In this document: positions 41,521 to 50,435 of the stretch, one piece after another
Numbering within the stretch: the first letter of the stretch is position 1
Layout: each line of letters begins with the position of its first letter
From: a virus
DNA: 64,000 bases
Reading direction: 5' to 3' (one strand)
IMG/VR virus record: IMGVR_UViG_3300042881_004673
Span: 1 to 64,000 of that record
Translations under genes and position numbers: made by a program
Notes under the pieces: generated by a model
Databases searched by the model: none
What the model saw: only the letters and a program-made list of their open reading frames with translations
What the model was told of the DNA's origin: nothing

Positions 41521-41535
41521 AAGAACAAATAATTT

Positions 41536-41567
41536 AATCCTCCACTTGTAAAGATGGGGGATTTTTT
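41536..41567 (+). terminator. Intrinsic terminator
   Basis: AATCCTCCA/TGGGGGATT hairpin plus T-run. Confidence 0.7.
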
Positions 41568-41581
41568 GTATATTAGCGGTA

Positions 41582-41854
41582 ATGAAAGACCTAACTGAAT
41601 ATATAGAAACACTGCTCGATGGGATTAAAAACGCCTGCGAGGTAAATTATGTGAACAATATCTACGAGGTTAATGTTATAAGAGACTATCGTAATTGTGA
41701 GGAGAGATATAAAGTTATGGCATATCGTAATCATAATTTAGTAATGGAAATAATGAAAACTTTAAAATCATATCTTCCAAAATCATTATATGTTATTAGG
41801 GTTAAAGAAATTAATATTCCAATATCATTTATATCGTTACATTATGCAAAGTAA
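41582..41854 (+). CDS. Hypothetical protein
   Basis: Variant promoter element TATATTAG 5 nt before ATG. Confidence 0.5.
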   Translation: MKDLTEYIETLLDGIKNACEVNYVNNIYEVNVIRDYRNCEERYKVMAYRNHNLVMEIMKTLKSYLPKSLYVIRVKEINIPISFISLHYAK

Positions 41855-42125
41855 ATTAGAACATATTGTGGAAAAATACTTCAAGGTGATAAATTTATTA
41901 CCATATGGTGATATTAATGTAAGCATAAAAGATCAAATCGGGATTTGTCTCATTACAATATATGTTAAAACATATGAAGATTATTGTGAATATTATAAAT
42001 CTGATAATAAAACCCCAATGAAGTTAAGTGATATAAAAGATGATATGGAAAATATGTTTCCATATGTGTTTAAGGTATTATGTAAATTAAATAAGGATCG
42101 TATAAAAGAGTATGGGGTTAATTGA
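41844..42125 (+). CDS. Hypothetical protein
   Basis: Likely start MQSKLEH overlapping the end of the previous gene. Confidence 0.5.
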   Translation: MQSKLEHIVEKYFKVINLLPYGDINVSIKDQIGICLITIYVKTYEDYCEYYKSDNKTPMKLSDIKDDMENMFPYVFKVLCKLNKDRIKEYGVN

Positions 42126-42146
42126 TATATAAGTATATTTATTAAT

Positions 42147-42668
42147 ATGAACCTACAAGAAAACATACAAAGGATTAGATCAATGATGGGGGTTATATCT
42201 GAAAAGTTAGAAGATATACAAGGAACACCATTATATCATAAAACCTCAACTGAAACTGGAATTAAAATAATAAATTCGGATTCTCTTATCGGAACCAAAC
42301 CTTCTGATGAATATCTTAATATAGATAAAAGATTGGCTGACACAGAAAAACAAAGTGCGATATCACTCACAAGAGAAAAAAATTGGAAGCCCGATCAATC
42401 AATAGGTAAAGGGTCAGGTGAAAGTATTTCAAATGATGACATGGTATTTGTTCTTGATAAATCAAGATTAGAAACAAAGTATGAAGTAGAACCATTTAAT
42501 TATTATGGTTTAGACCCTAACGATACTGGAACAAGTAAAGGTGGTGAGTTTGAGGAAAGAGTATTAACCAATAGAATTCATCCACTTCATAGGTATCTTG
42601 TTGATATAATATACAAAGGAAGTGATCCTGAAATACAAGTAATAATTAATGATTATTTAAATAGATGA
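42147..42668 (+). CDS. Leader-bearing ADP-ribosyltransferase-fold-like protein
   Basis: MNLQENIQRIRSMMGVISE; LYHKT...ISLTR...EFEERV. Confidence 0.55.
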   Translation: MNLQENIQRIRSMMGVISEKLEDIQGTPLYHKTSTETGIKIINSDSLIGTKPSDEYLNIDKRLADTEKQSAISLTREKNWKPDQSIGKGSGESISNDDMVFVLDKSRLETKYEVEPFNYYGLDPNDTGTSKGGEFEERVLTNRIHPLHRYLVDIIYKGSDPEIQVIINDYLNR

Positions 42669-42994
42669 ACCTACAAGAGAACATAAGAAGAATATTAAGG
42701 GAAGAGTCGGGACTTAGTCCAAGGTTCCTTAGAAGAGTTCCTATGGATAAGTTAGAGGAGTCTTTTGGTCACGCATTAAAACTAGCAACAAAAAAATATT
42801 ATAGATATCGACCTATATTAAATGACGATTACAAATTACATTTTTTTACAAAGGAAGTTGTGGAATTATTATTAGATTCAGTATCACATTTAATGTATCC
42901 AACAATAAAAGGGTCGTGGTATGATGAAGAGTTTTCAAATGTAAAAAAACATTTCAAAGATAGAATAACAGAATGGTGGGAAACCTTAGATTAA
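42665..42994 (+). CDS. Leader-bearing hypothetical protein (FLRRV module)
   Basis: MNLQENIRRILREE; FLRRV as in the module at 39187. Confidence 0.75.
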   Translation: MNLQENIRRILREESGLSPRFLRRVPMDKLEESFGHALKLATKKYYRYRPILNDDYKLHFFTKEVVELLLDSVSHLMYPTIKGSWYDEEFSNVKKHFKDRITEWWETLD

Positions 42995-43081
42995 TTAAGA
43001 TTATACGATCAATTCATTCGGTTCATAGTCTTCCACTTCGTTTCAGAATTCACCTCATAAATTTATCCTATACTCTTAACG

Positions 43082-43135
43082 AGAGTAATCTTTACCTTTG
43101 TATAACAAACAAGAGTAATCTTTACCTTTGTATAA
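43082..43135 (+). repeat. Perfect 24-bp direct repeat x2 containing TACCTTTG
   Basis: agagtaatctttacctttgtataa at 43082-43105 and 43112-43135. Confidence 0.95.
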
Positions 43136-43846
43136 AGGATATGTGGTAATTATTGGGACATATCTTAAACAGTAATGTAATGTATAAATCGTTTACATGA
43201 TGAGGTTCTCATGTATAGAAAGTTTACCTGATAGTTCCCCCCCATTTAATCACTCACATCTACGATGTTCGTTCTCCATTTATAAGTGACACAATTAGTA
43301 AACACTATGGTGATCATATTAGTAGGTGGTTTATAATGGGGAACAAAGTTCCCCCACATATTACCACCAAGTTAGAGTAGATCAATTAGTTACTTATGTT
43401 TTATATCGTTAGAGTCAGGATAAACCTGATATAAGTTATATGAAAGGTAAGTAGTTTACATGTATATAGTATGTCGTTATTATTAAGGTGTCAAAGGTTG
43501 AAAGGAACTTAAGTTGGTCATAAGTGGTCACTTATGGGTCGTTGAAGTTATCTATAAGTGATCTACTAACGTCCTAAAGGACTGTCCGCGGCTATGGGAC
43601 TTTAACTATACTATTTTCGCTGGAAAATACAAGTAGTGAAAAAAGTGGTCCTGTAGGTATCTACAGAGGGGGTTTATTCATTCTCACTATAGCAACAGGA
43701 CTATTATCGGTGGGAGAAAGTGGGTAGAACACTATGGGGAATAAGTGGTAGAAAGTGGGAAGGGGACTGTGTAGTGACGCGAGCGAGCCTGACATTTTGA
43801 CAAAAACAAGAAAATTAACATATTTATTTATTAACAATCCCCCCTT

Positions 43847-44128
43847 ATGATACATCTAATAGACAAATTCGAAACAACACTAAGTGAAATTAACGGGACC
43901 ATTACGGTCAATTATAGACATGACATATTGACAGGTTACTGTGAGTATAGAATTGTGGAGGTGAATAACAGATTTAAACAGAAGGCATGGTTACTTACCA
44001 ATACAGACATGGGGGATGTGATAGAGTATGTGCATAGTAATATGCCCCTATCAGATAATGATCTAATGGTTGTGGATAAATTAATCAGAGATCACTCGCT
44101 TAAAGCTGTTCAAGATCTTCATCGGTAA
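43847..44128 (+). CDS. Hypothetical protein
   Basis: ORF track; TATTTAT at 43821. Confidence 0.5.
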   Translation: MIHLIDKFETTLSEINGTITVNYRHDILTGYCEYRIVEVNNRFKQKAWLLTNTDMGDVIEYVHSNMPLSDNDLMVVDKLIRDHSLKAVQDLHR

Positions 44129-44267
44129 TGATGTGAGAACGGATCCATCCACTTAGTTTAGAGGTGGGGAAAGTTTTTAAGGACATAATAGATAATACCA
44201 TAACACATATAGTGAACAGTCCAATCATAACCCACAAGATACTAATATAGTATAGGGGATTATACAT
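44100..44267 (-). CDS. Small single-TM protein
   Basis: MYNPLYYISILWVMIGLFTICVMVLSIM hydrophobic helix. Confidence 0.45.
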   Translation of the reverse strand: MYNPLYYISILWVMIGLFTICVMVLSIMSLKTFPTSKLSGWIRSHIITDEDLEQL

Positions 44268-44465
44268 AACGATTCTTATATGTAGGTTCAACCAATGGTT
44301 CACATGGTAATGGTCTACAGATCATAAGTGAGATCCCCACACCAAAGAGGGGAAGAGTAAGATATATTAATAGGTTTCTCATAGTAATATAAAGATAAGT
44401 ATAATATATCACATAGACAAATCATTTCATCAATTAAATCATGGGGACCCTTATATATATTATAA

Positions 44466-44530
44466 GGCAGGTTGGAGTCTACACTCCAAGCATCCCCAAG
44501 ACTGCCAGCCCGACTCGATCTCTCATTGTC
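44466..44530 (-). ncRNA. Candidate small structured RNA (alternatively a 15-aa ORF)
   Basis: GGCAG/CTGCC outer stem and TTGGAGT-GTAG-ACTCCAA hairpin downstream of a complete host-type promoter. Confidence 0.4.
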
Positions 44531-44534
44531 TATA

Positions 44535-44566
44535 CAAAGATACGAAACCCTAATGACAATAACAAA
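44535..44566 (-). promoter_or_regulatory. Complete Bacteroidota -33/-7 promoter
   Basis: TTTG (44566-44563), 20 nt spacer, TATCTTTG (44542-44535). Confidence 0.7.
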
Positions 44567-44824
44567 TAAGTTGACAACTAAATTATCAATTAAGTTATTA
44601 ACAACGGGCCCCCTCCCTTACATAGTGGCATGGGGGGCTATGTCCAATATGACCCCCTCCCCCCTCCGTATCCCCCCCATATATGACATTATGACAGGCC
44701 ATAGGGGGGTTCAATCCTCTCTATGGTGTATTCGTGAAAAAAATTCTGGAAAAATTTTTGGGAAAAAATTGAAACTATTCCCCCATTACATAGTGATGGT
44801 ATATTTATTACTAAAGAAAATATT

Positions 44825-45544
44825 ATGAAAAGAATTATAAGATTAACTGAATCAGATCTAACAAGGATTGTTAAACGTATAATAATGGAGGAGCAATGTT
44901 CTGCACCACCTCAATGGTTAATGAATTATCAACTCGACGGTAAATTAGGAAAGGGTGAATGTTCTAATTGGGAATGGAGAAAAGACACATATACTTTTTT
45001 ATTTATAAATCCTAAAGTTAAGATATTAATATTGAGTATTAATCCGAATGAGATTGAAGAGGATCAATTAAACGAACTTAAACAAATATTTGGTGAACCC
45101 AAAATTACGGAAAAATATTACACATTTAAATATACTTTCTCAAACCAAGAAGATGGTGGGGATTTAAATCAAACACTTGATAAATTACAAGGAAAGGTTC
45201 CATGGATCGCATCCCTTAACGAGTCTGACATAAGACGTATATTGGAAAACGCCTTCACTAAAATGAGAAGAAGGGATGGTGAACCTATTGTAAGAAAAAC
45301 GGATTTAGTAAAAGGTGTTATACATGATTTATCTATGAAAATGTCCAAAGAATATGGTTTGGATGAATATGAGGGTGATGATAACATTCCTGAGTATCTA
45401 ATGCCTTATCTTGATGAAATCTCTGAAGTTGTATCTAATATTGATACAATGTTAATTTGGGATGCTGTTTATGAATCCCTCGATACCCCCGAAATAAATG
45501 ATCTAATTGATAAAATTGTTGATGAATATGGCGAAGATAATTAA
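44825..45544 (+). CDS. Leader-bearing two-module protein
   Basis: MKRIIRLTESDLTRIVKRIIMEE; internal LNESDIRRILE. Confidence 0.8.
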   Translation: MKRIIRLTESDLTRIVKRIIMEEQCSAPPQWLMNYQLDGKLGKGECSNWEWRKDTYTFLFINPKVKILILSINPNEIEEDQLNELKQIFGEPKITEKYYTFKYTFSNQEDGGDLNQTLDKLQGKVPWIASLNESDIRRILENAFTKMRRRDGEPIVRKTDLVKGVIHDLSMKMSKEYGLDEYEGDDNIPEYLMPYLDEISEVVSNIDTMLIWDAVYESLDTPEINDLIDKIVDEYGEDN

Positions 45545-45548
45545 TATG

Positions 45549-45580
45549 ATCCCCATTCTCTAATACAGGTGGGGTTTTTT
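45549..45580 (+). terminator. Repeated CCCCA..TGGGG terminator
   Basis: ccccattctctaatacaggtggggtttttt. Confidence 0.8.
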
Positions 45581-45860
45581 GTTTTATGTAAAACGACCCC
45601 CCTCTTTCTTATGTTTACATTATTAACTAATATCATTAACGTTTAACTATATGAGAAATCTTGGAATCATATTATCTGCATTGGTAACCATTATTTTGGT
45701 TATATATTATGTGAACCCATTTATCATATATCTTATTGGATGTTATCAGGTTGGAGTATGGATTGGGGACGCCATGATTAAGTTGATTGAAAAAGATGAT
45801 TGATAAAAATAATATCCCTATTATGAGGTGATGGTATATTTATTAATAAAAGAAAATATT

Positions 45861-46226
45861 ATGTCAAAAATTATAAGATTAACGGAAAGAGATTTATCTC
45901 GTATTGTTAGACAAACGATTATGGAGATGGAATCCTCTAGTGAATTTACAAACCATACTGGTTCTCCTACTAAGGTATCTATAATCAAGTTTAATAAAAA
46001 AATGGATTATGACGGGGCTTTGTCCATGTTGAAAACATATGGATCAACATATCGTTTTCCAAACAATTGGGGTAGTATAAAAGACACATTTAATAGTGGG
46101 GAGTATTGGGATAGTACTACACATGGGACATACAACATATCATATTACAATATGAAAGATAAACAATTACATCATGGGCATAGACTGCATAAAAAATATT
46201 TAATATTAGTTAAAAAAAATAAATAA
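45861..46226 (+). CDS. Leader-bearing hypothetical protein
   Basis: Start ATG 45861; MSKIIRLTERDLSRIVRQTIME. Confidence 0.8.
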   Translation: MSKIIRLTERDLSRIVRQTIMEMESSSEFTNHTGSPTKVSIIKFNKKMDYDGALSMLKTYGSTYRFPNNWGSIKDTFNSGEYWDSTTHGTYNISYYNMKDKQLHHGHRLHKKYLILVKKNK

Positions 46227-46251
46227 TTTTAATTATTAAACAAAATTAATT

Positions 46252-46599
46252 ATGAAAAGAATTATAAGATTAACGGAAAGAGATTTAACAAGAATTGTTA
46301 GAAGAGTTATAAAAGAAAATGCTGATAAAACAAACATCTATTATAGGAGATGTGAGGGTGGTTACGGTTTAATTGAACCCGAAAGTTTTGAGTTTTTACC
46401 TGGTGATGATAAATTTATAAAATTCCTTAGAAAACCTGATCCTAATTTTGATAATGGAAATAGTAAAAGTATTGGTAAGTGTCTTGCTTATGAAGAACCA
46501 ATGGAAGGGTTATGTTTTGATATAATTGTTGAAGAAGGTGAAGGTGGTAGAAAAATTGCTTATAGTGGAATTGATTGTGAGACAAGGGAAAGATGGTAG
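46252..46599 (+). CDS. Leader-bearing hypothetical protein
   Basis: MKRIIRLTERDLTRIVRRVIKE. Confidence 0.8.
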   Translation: MKRIIRLTERDLTRIVRRVIKENADKTNIYYRRCEGGYGLIEPESFEFLPGDDKFIKFLRKPDPNFDNGNSKSIGKCLAYEEPMEGLCFDIIVEEGEGGRKIAYSGIDCETRERW

Positions 46600-46661
46600 T
46601 GTTTTTTAACAACTGATATATTTTAAGAGTGGGGTTTTTTATTTCCTTATATTTATCATAT

Positions 46662-47078
46662 ATGAAAGTAGTCATAACTAAATCACAATATCAGAAAATC
46701 GTATTTAATTTATTGGATGTCTTGTATGGTCCCAATATTTCATTTAAAAAAGATGAGAATTCAGATGTATTTGAGATTTTATCAGATGATGATGTAGAAA
46801 TTTTTAGAGTTTATACAAAAGAGGGAAGATCTAAAGGATGTAAAAGAGATTTGTTAGTTCTTTCTAATACAATGGAGGACATTCAATCGTATGTGCCACC
46901 ATCGGTATTAAGAAAAAAATTATTTGCTAAAACTGTTATTTCTTATGTTAATGAAAAAACGGATCTTGATGTTGATTGTATTGATTTTGCGTATGAAATA
47001 TATGATAATGATGAAACTTATTTCGAAAAAAAATATAGATTTAACGTTAAAAAAAATAAAAAAACTCACAATCGATAG
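46662..47078 (+). CDS. Hypothetical protein, paralog of 53662..54102
   Basis: MKVVITKSQYQ; KKLFxKTVISYVNEKTxLDxDCIDF shared. Confidence 0.8.
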   Translation: MKVVITKSQYQKIVFNLLDVLYGPNISFKKDENSDVFEILSDDDVEIFRVYTKEGRSKGCKRDLLVLSNTMEDIQSYVPPSVLRKKLFAKTVISYVNEKTDLDVDCIDFAYEIYDNDETYFEKKYRFNVKKNKKTHNR

Positions 47079-47133
47079 GTTTTTTTATTTTTTTTTTTGA
47101 ACATAGAAGTATTTATAAATAAATTAAAATATT

Positions 47134-47778
47134 ATGGGAAGAATTATAAGATTAACGGAAAGAGATTTAACAAGAATTGTTAGAAGAGTTATTAGAGAGG
47201 AACAAACAAATGTTAATGATGATTATTATTTTATTGACGAAAAAAGTATTTATGAACCACAATATGGGTATGGTGGTGGTAATGCGTTCCAAACTGTAAG
47301 AGGAACAGAAGTTTGGTTGAATAATGCCGCTCAGACATCATGGCCTGCGGGTGATGCGGTTAAAACAAAAAAGGCGGCACAAAAACTTATAAAAGCTTTA
47401 TCAGGATTAGATATTAGCGGAAGTGGTGCCAAGTTGGCTCAAGAAGTTGCAACCGAATGGAAAACATACGGTTTGATTGATCAAAATGAATTTTTAAGGC
47501 AGTGGGATGTGTTAGCAGCAAAACAAGGAGAATATTTCAACCTTAGTGGCGGGAACATGTTTAAATGGATGTCACCTTGGGAAGAATTGTTTGATGATAA
47601 TGAGCATGATATTGCAAGTCAAATGATTGATCATAGTATAGCAAGAGTTAAAACTTACTGTCAACCTTATGCGGATCAAAAAACTAAAGCCGCAAGAGGT
47701 GTTGGAACATATTCTAAAAATGTAATTTGTGATTTGTTTGTAACTAATGATCTAAGAAGTCCTATGTTTAAAGACTAA
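47134..47778 (+). CDS. Leader-bearing hypothetical protein
   Basis: MGRIIRLTERDLTRIVRRVIREE. Confidence 0.8.
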   Translation: MGRIIRLTERDLTRIVRRVIREEQTNVNDDYYFIDEKSIYEPQYGYGGGNAFQTVRGTEVWLNNAAQTSWPAGDAVKTKKAAQKLIKALSGLDISGSGAKLAQEVATEWKTYGLIDQNEFLRQWDVLAAKQGEYFNLSGGNMFKWMSPWEELFDDNEHDIASQMIDHSIARVKTYCQPYADQKTKAARGVGTYSKNVICDLFVTNDLRSPMFKD

Positions 47779-47788
47779 TAAAATTTAT

Positions 47789-47821
47789 AACCCCATTTTC
47801 TAATAAGAGTGGGGTTTTTTT
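47789..47821 (+). terminator. Repeated CCCCA..TGGGG terminator
   Basis: aaccccattttctaataagagtggggttttttt. Confidence 0.8.
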
Positions 47822-47963
47822 ATGATATAAAATTCTTCCTTTCTTATTGGGCGCCGGAACCCCGTCCCGACTTCGTCGGTTTTTTTTATCTTATTTATAA
47901 TTTACTTAAGTGGGTATTTCAGAAAAGGTGTCGGTTTTTTTGTTTATACCATATTTATTATAT

Positions 47964-48533
47964 ATGAAAAAAATTATAAGATTAACAGAAAATGATTTGT
48001 ATAGAATTGTTCGACAAGTTATTAGTGAAGAAGAAGTTTCTTATAATGTATTAAACAAATACTTAATATCTAAACCAGAGTTAATACCGTTATATCAAGA
48101 GATTGAAAAAGTTCTTGGTGATAAATTTACTGAAAAACATTTTACCGATGAAATCAAATATTCGGGAGGATTAAAAGAACTAAGTGGAAAACTTTTACCA
48201 AAAACTATTAATTCTTTTAATTTGTTAAAAAGCAAATTTCCTAATATAACCTATTCAGATAAAAGTTATCGTACTTATAAACTTCAAAAAGATATGTTTT
48301 TAGATAGCGCTAAATCACACGGAAATACTATTTCAGGTGGGCTAATTCAAGCGGCTTTACCTGGATTTAGTCAACACCACACAGGAAAATCTTTAGACCT
48401 TGCTAATTATAAAAAAAATGGAGTTTCACAATTAACACCTGAAATATTACAAAAATATAATTTTTCACTTCCATACCAATATAAAACATCATTCAGAATG
48501 GCAGAACCTTGGCACATATATTTAAATAACTAA
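47964..48533 (+). CDS. Leader-bearing M15B (VanY-like) D,D-carboxypeptidase
   Basis: MKKIIRLTENDL leader; SYRTxxxQ, ALPGFSQHHTGKSLD, EPWH. Confidence 0.85.
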   Translation: MKKIIRLTENDLYRIVRQVISEEEVSYNVLNKYLISKPELIPLYQEIEKVLGDKFTEKHFTDEIKYSGGLKELSGKLLPKTINSFNLLKSKFPNITYSDKSYRTYKLQKDMFLDSAKSHGNTISGGLIQAALPGFSQHHTGKSLDLANYKKNGVSQLTPEILQKYNFSLPYQYKTSFRMAEPWHIYLNN

Positions 48534-48576
48534 TTTTTTTTGAATATATAAGTATTTATAAATAAATTAAAATATT

Positions 48577-49110
48577 ATGGGAAGAATTATAAGATTAACA
48601 GAAAGAGATTTGACTCGCATCGTTAGAAGAGTTATTAGAGAAAATGAAGAAGAGTGGATTGACCAATCACAAGATATGGATGATGAATCAGACTTTTCAA
48701 AAATGGAACTAGAACAAAGTAGTAAAGAGGCGACAGAACAATTGAGTCCTGAAGAGCAAGATATGTTACGTGATTTTATAGAAAGTAACGGTATTGAATC
48801 TTTACAATCAATAGTTAAAGATTCTTTGGAGTCTGTATTGACGGAAGAGGATGAAAATGAAATGGGTGATAATGAATACGAAATAAGAAGTATCATTGAT
48901 AAAATTATTGGTTATAGTTCAATTGGTGCTGTATTAGCGATTGTTCCGGCAGCAATGTTTATAAGTGCGGGAATTGCTGCGGCTTTAGGTGTTTATGCTT
49001 TAGCAAGTAATACTCTTAGAGATTCCGCTTGGTTTAAAAGAAAAGGTTATGATAAATACCAAACAGGACACCATTACGGAAAATCCGATAAAAGTAGAAA
49101 CAACAGATAA
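48577..49110 (+). CDS. Leader-bearing acidic protein with a hydrophobic hairpin
   Basis: MGRIIRLTERDL; Ala/Gly-rich TM segments; related to 60483. Confidence 0.78.
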   Translation: MGRIIRLTERDLTRIVRRVIRENEEEWIDQSQDMDDESDFSKMELEQSSKEATEQLSPEEQDMLRDFIESNGIESLQSIVKDSLESVLTEEDENEMGDNEYEIRSIIDKIIGYSSIGAVLAIVPAAMFISAGIAAALGVYALASNTLRDSAWFKRKGYDKYQTGHHYGKSDKSRNNR

Positions 49111-49112
49111 TA

Positions 49113-49607
49113 ATGAAAAGAATTATAAGATTAACCGAATCAGATTTAACAAGACTTGTTAAAAAAACTATTATGGAACTTGATAGGTCAACTTATGATA
49201 GAGCTGCTGATGTTGCAGGTGAAAAAGGATATAATAAATTGTCTGATAGATTTCGTGAATACGGAAAAGAATTTGGTTTAAATCAAGAAAGAGATAATAT
49301 CGTAATGGTTGTAGATCGTGGAGGTGAAGACCAAGTTTTAAACGTTAGAATTAATGATCTAAAAAGTGATTCTAACTATTCTATGAGTTTTACTTTGGAA
49401 ACAGAAGAACTTGATAAAGGAACTAAAAGAAAGTTTGAATTAAACAAATATTCGGATAACATAGAATTTTATCTGAATGGTCAATTTCCATCTTTGCCAC
49501 AGACAAGGAAAGATGCAAAAAAAGTTTTAAGGTTGTTTGAAAACAATGGAGTTGATGTAAGTAAAATTGACCCAAGATCAATATCATATGATGACAGTGG
49601 ATTTTAA
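49113..49607 (+). CDS. Leader-bearing hypothetical protein
   Basis: MKRIIRLTESDLTRLVKKTIME. Confidence 0.8.
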   Translation: MKRIIRLTESDLTRLVKKTIMELDRSTYDRAADVAGEKGYNKLSDRFREYGKEFGLNQERDNIVMVVDRGGEDQVLNVRINDLKSDSNYSMSFTLETEELDKGTKRKFELNKYSDNIEFYLNGQFPSLPQTRKDAKKVLRLFENNGVDVSKIDPRSISYDDSGF

Positions 49608-49631
49608 ATGATAAACTAAAGAAATAAAGAT

Positions 49632-49919
49632 ATGAAAAGAATTATAAGATTAACTGAATCAGATTTAACAAGATTAGTTAAACAAGTTATTAGTGAAAAC
49701 TACGAAAACTCATTATACTCAGATATTATGGAACTAATAAAAAATTCTAACTCAAGTCATGAAGAAACCATTAGTGTTTTAAATTCTATTGTTGATGAAA
49801 TGTCTTCTTCAAGGAGATTAAGACGAGATGTAGAAAAAAGATTTCGTGATGATAATGAAATCACAAGTAATGATCCACGATATCTTTACGACATGGGACG
49901 TGGAGTATCAGGTCATTAA
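49632..49919 (+). CDS. Leader-bearing hypothetical protein
   Basis: MKRIIRLTESDLTRLVKQVISE. Confidence 0.8.
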   Translation: MKRIIRLTESDLTRLVKQVISENYENSLYSDIMELIKNSNSSHEETISVLNSIVDEMSSSRRLRRDVEKRFRDDNEITSNDPRYLYDMGRGVSGH

Positions 49920-49942
49920 AAATTAATAAATAAAATTTTTAT

Positions 49943-49976
49943 AAAACCCCATTCTCTAACAAGAGTGGGGTTTTTT
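49943..49976 (+). terminator. Repeated CCCCA..TGGGG terminator
   Basis: aaaaccccattctctaacaagagtggggtttttt. Confidence 0.8.
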
Positions 49977-50025
49977 GTTTCACTTATTTAAATGTTGGGG
50001 TATATTTAAAATTATATATTATTCT

Positions 50026-50424
50026 ATGGTTAGAAAAGACATTTATAAAATTGACATACAAGATGGTTTATATTTTTTAGTATTTCATAAAACATTTAAT
50101 GGTGGGTTTGGATCCGCAGTATCTTTATATGTGAATGAATTCGAATATTTAAAATTTGATTGTTTTGGGGAGAATGAAGGTCATTATCATATTTATGATG
50201 AAATAACAAATGAGATCATATATTTTATTGAAAAAACATGTGAAGAACAAATAACTCGTACTTCATATGAATTAATTAATAATATTGACACATATTTAAA
50301 TAAAAGTAAAAATGTGGATATAAAAAATTTTAAAATAAATCACAAAGATTTTATAGAAAAAATAGATGATGTAAAAAATAAAATGTTAGAATATGAATAT
50401 AATTTTTATTCTACTTTAAGATAA
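50026..50424 (+). CDS. Hypothetical protein without leader
   Basis: Likely start ATG 50026; KFDCFG..GHYH. Confidence 0.55.
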   Translation: MVRKDIYKIDIQDGLYFLVFHKTFNGGFGSAVSLYVNEFEYLKFDCFGENEGHYHIYDEITNEIIYFIEKTCEEQITRTSYELINNIDTYLNKSKNVDIKNFKINHKDFIEKIDDVKNKMLEYEYNFYSTLR

Positions 50425-50435
50425 AATATAAAACA

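Noticed and set aside
43082-43135. Possible CRISPR mini-array
   Set aside because: Only two copies separated by 6 nt; no spacer-length sequence and no cas genes
44472-44828. 118-aa plus-strand ORF
   Set aside because: TTG start, atypical composition, and it runs through a promoter, hairpin and poly-C/G tracts; probably non-coding
47848-47888. GC-rich stretch as a tRNA or ncRNA
   Set aside because: Too short and no cloverleaf; CCGAC-TTC-GTCGG plus T-run fits a simple extra terminator
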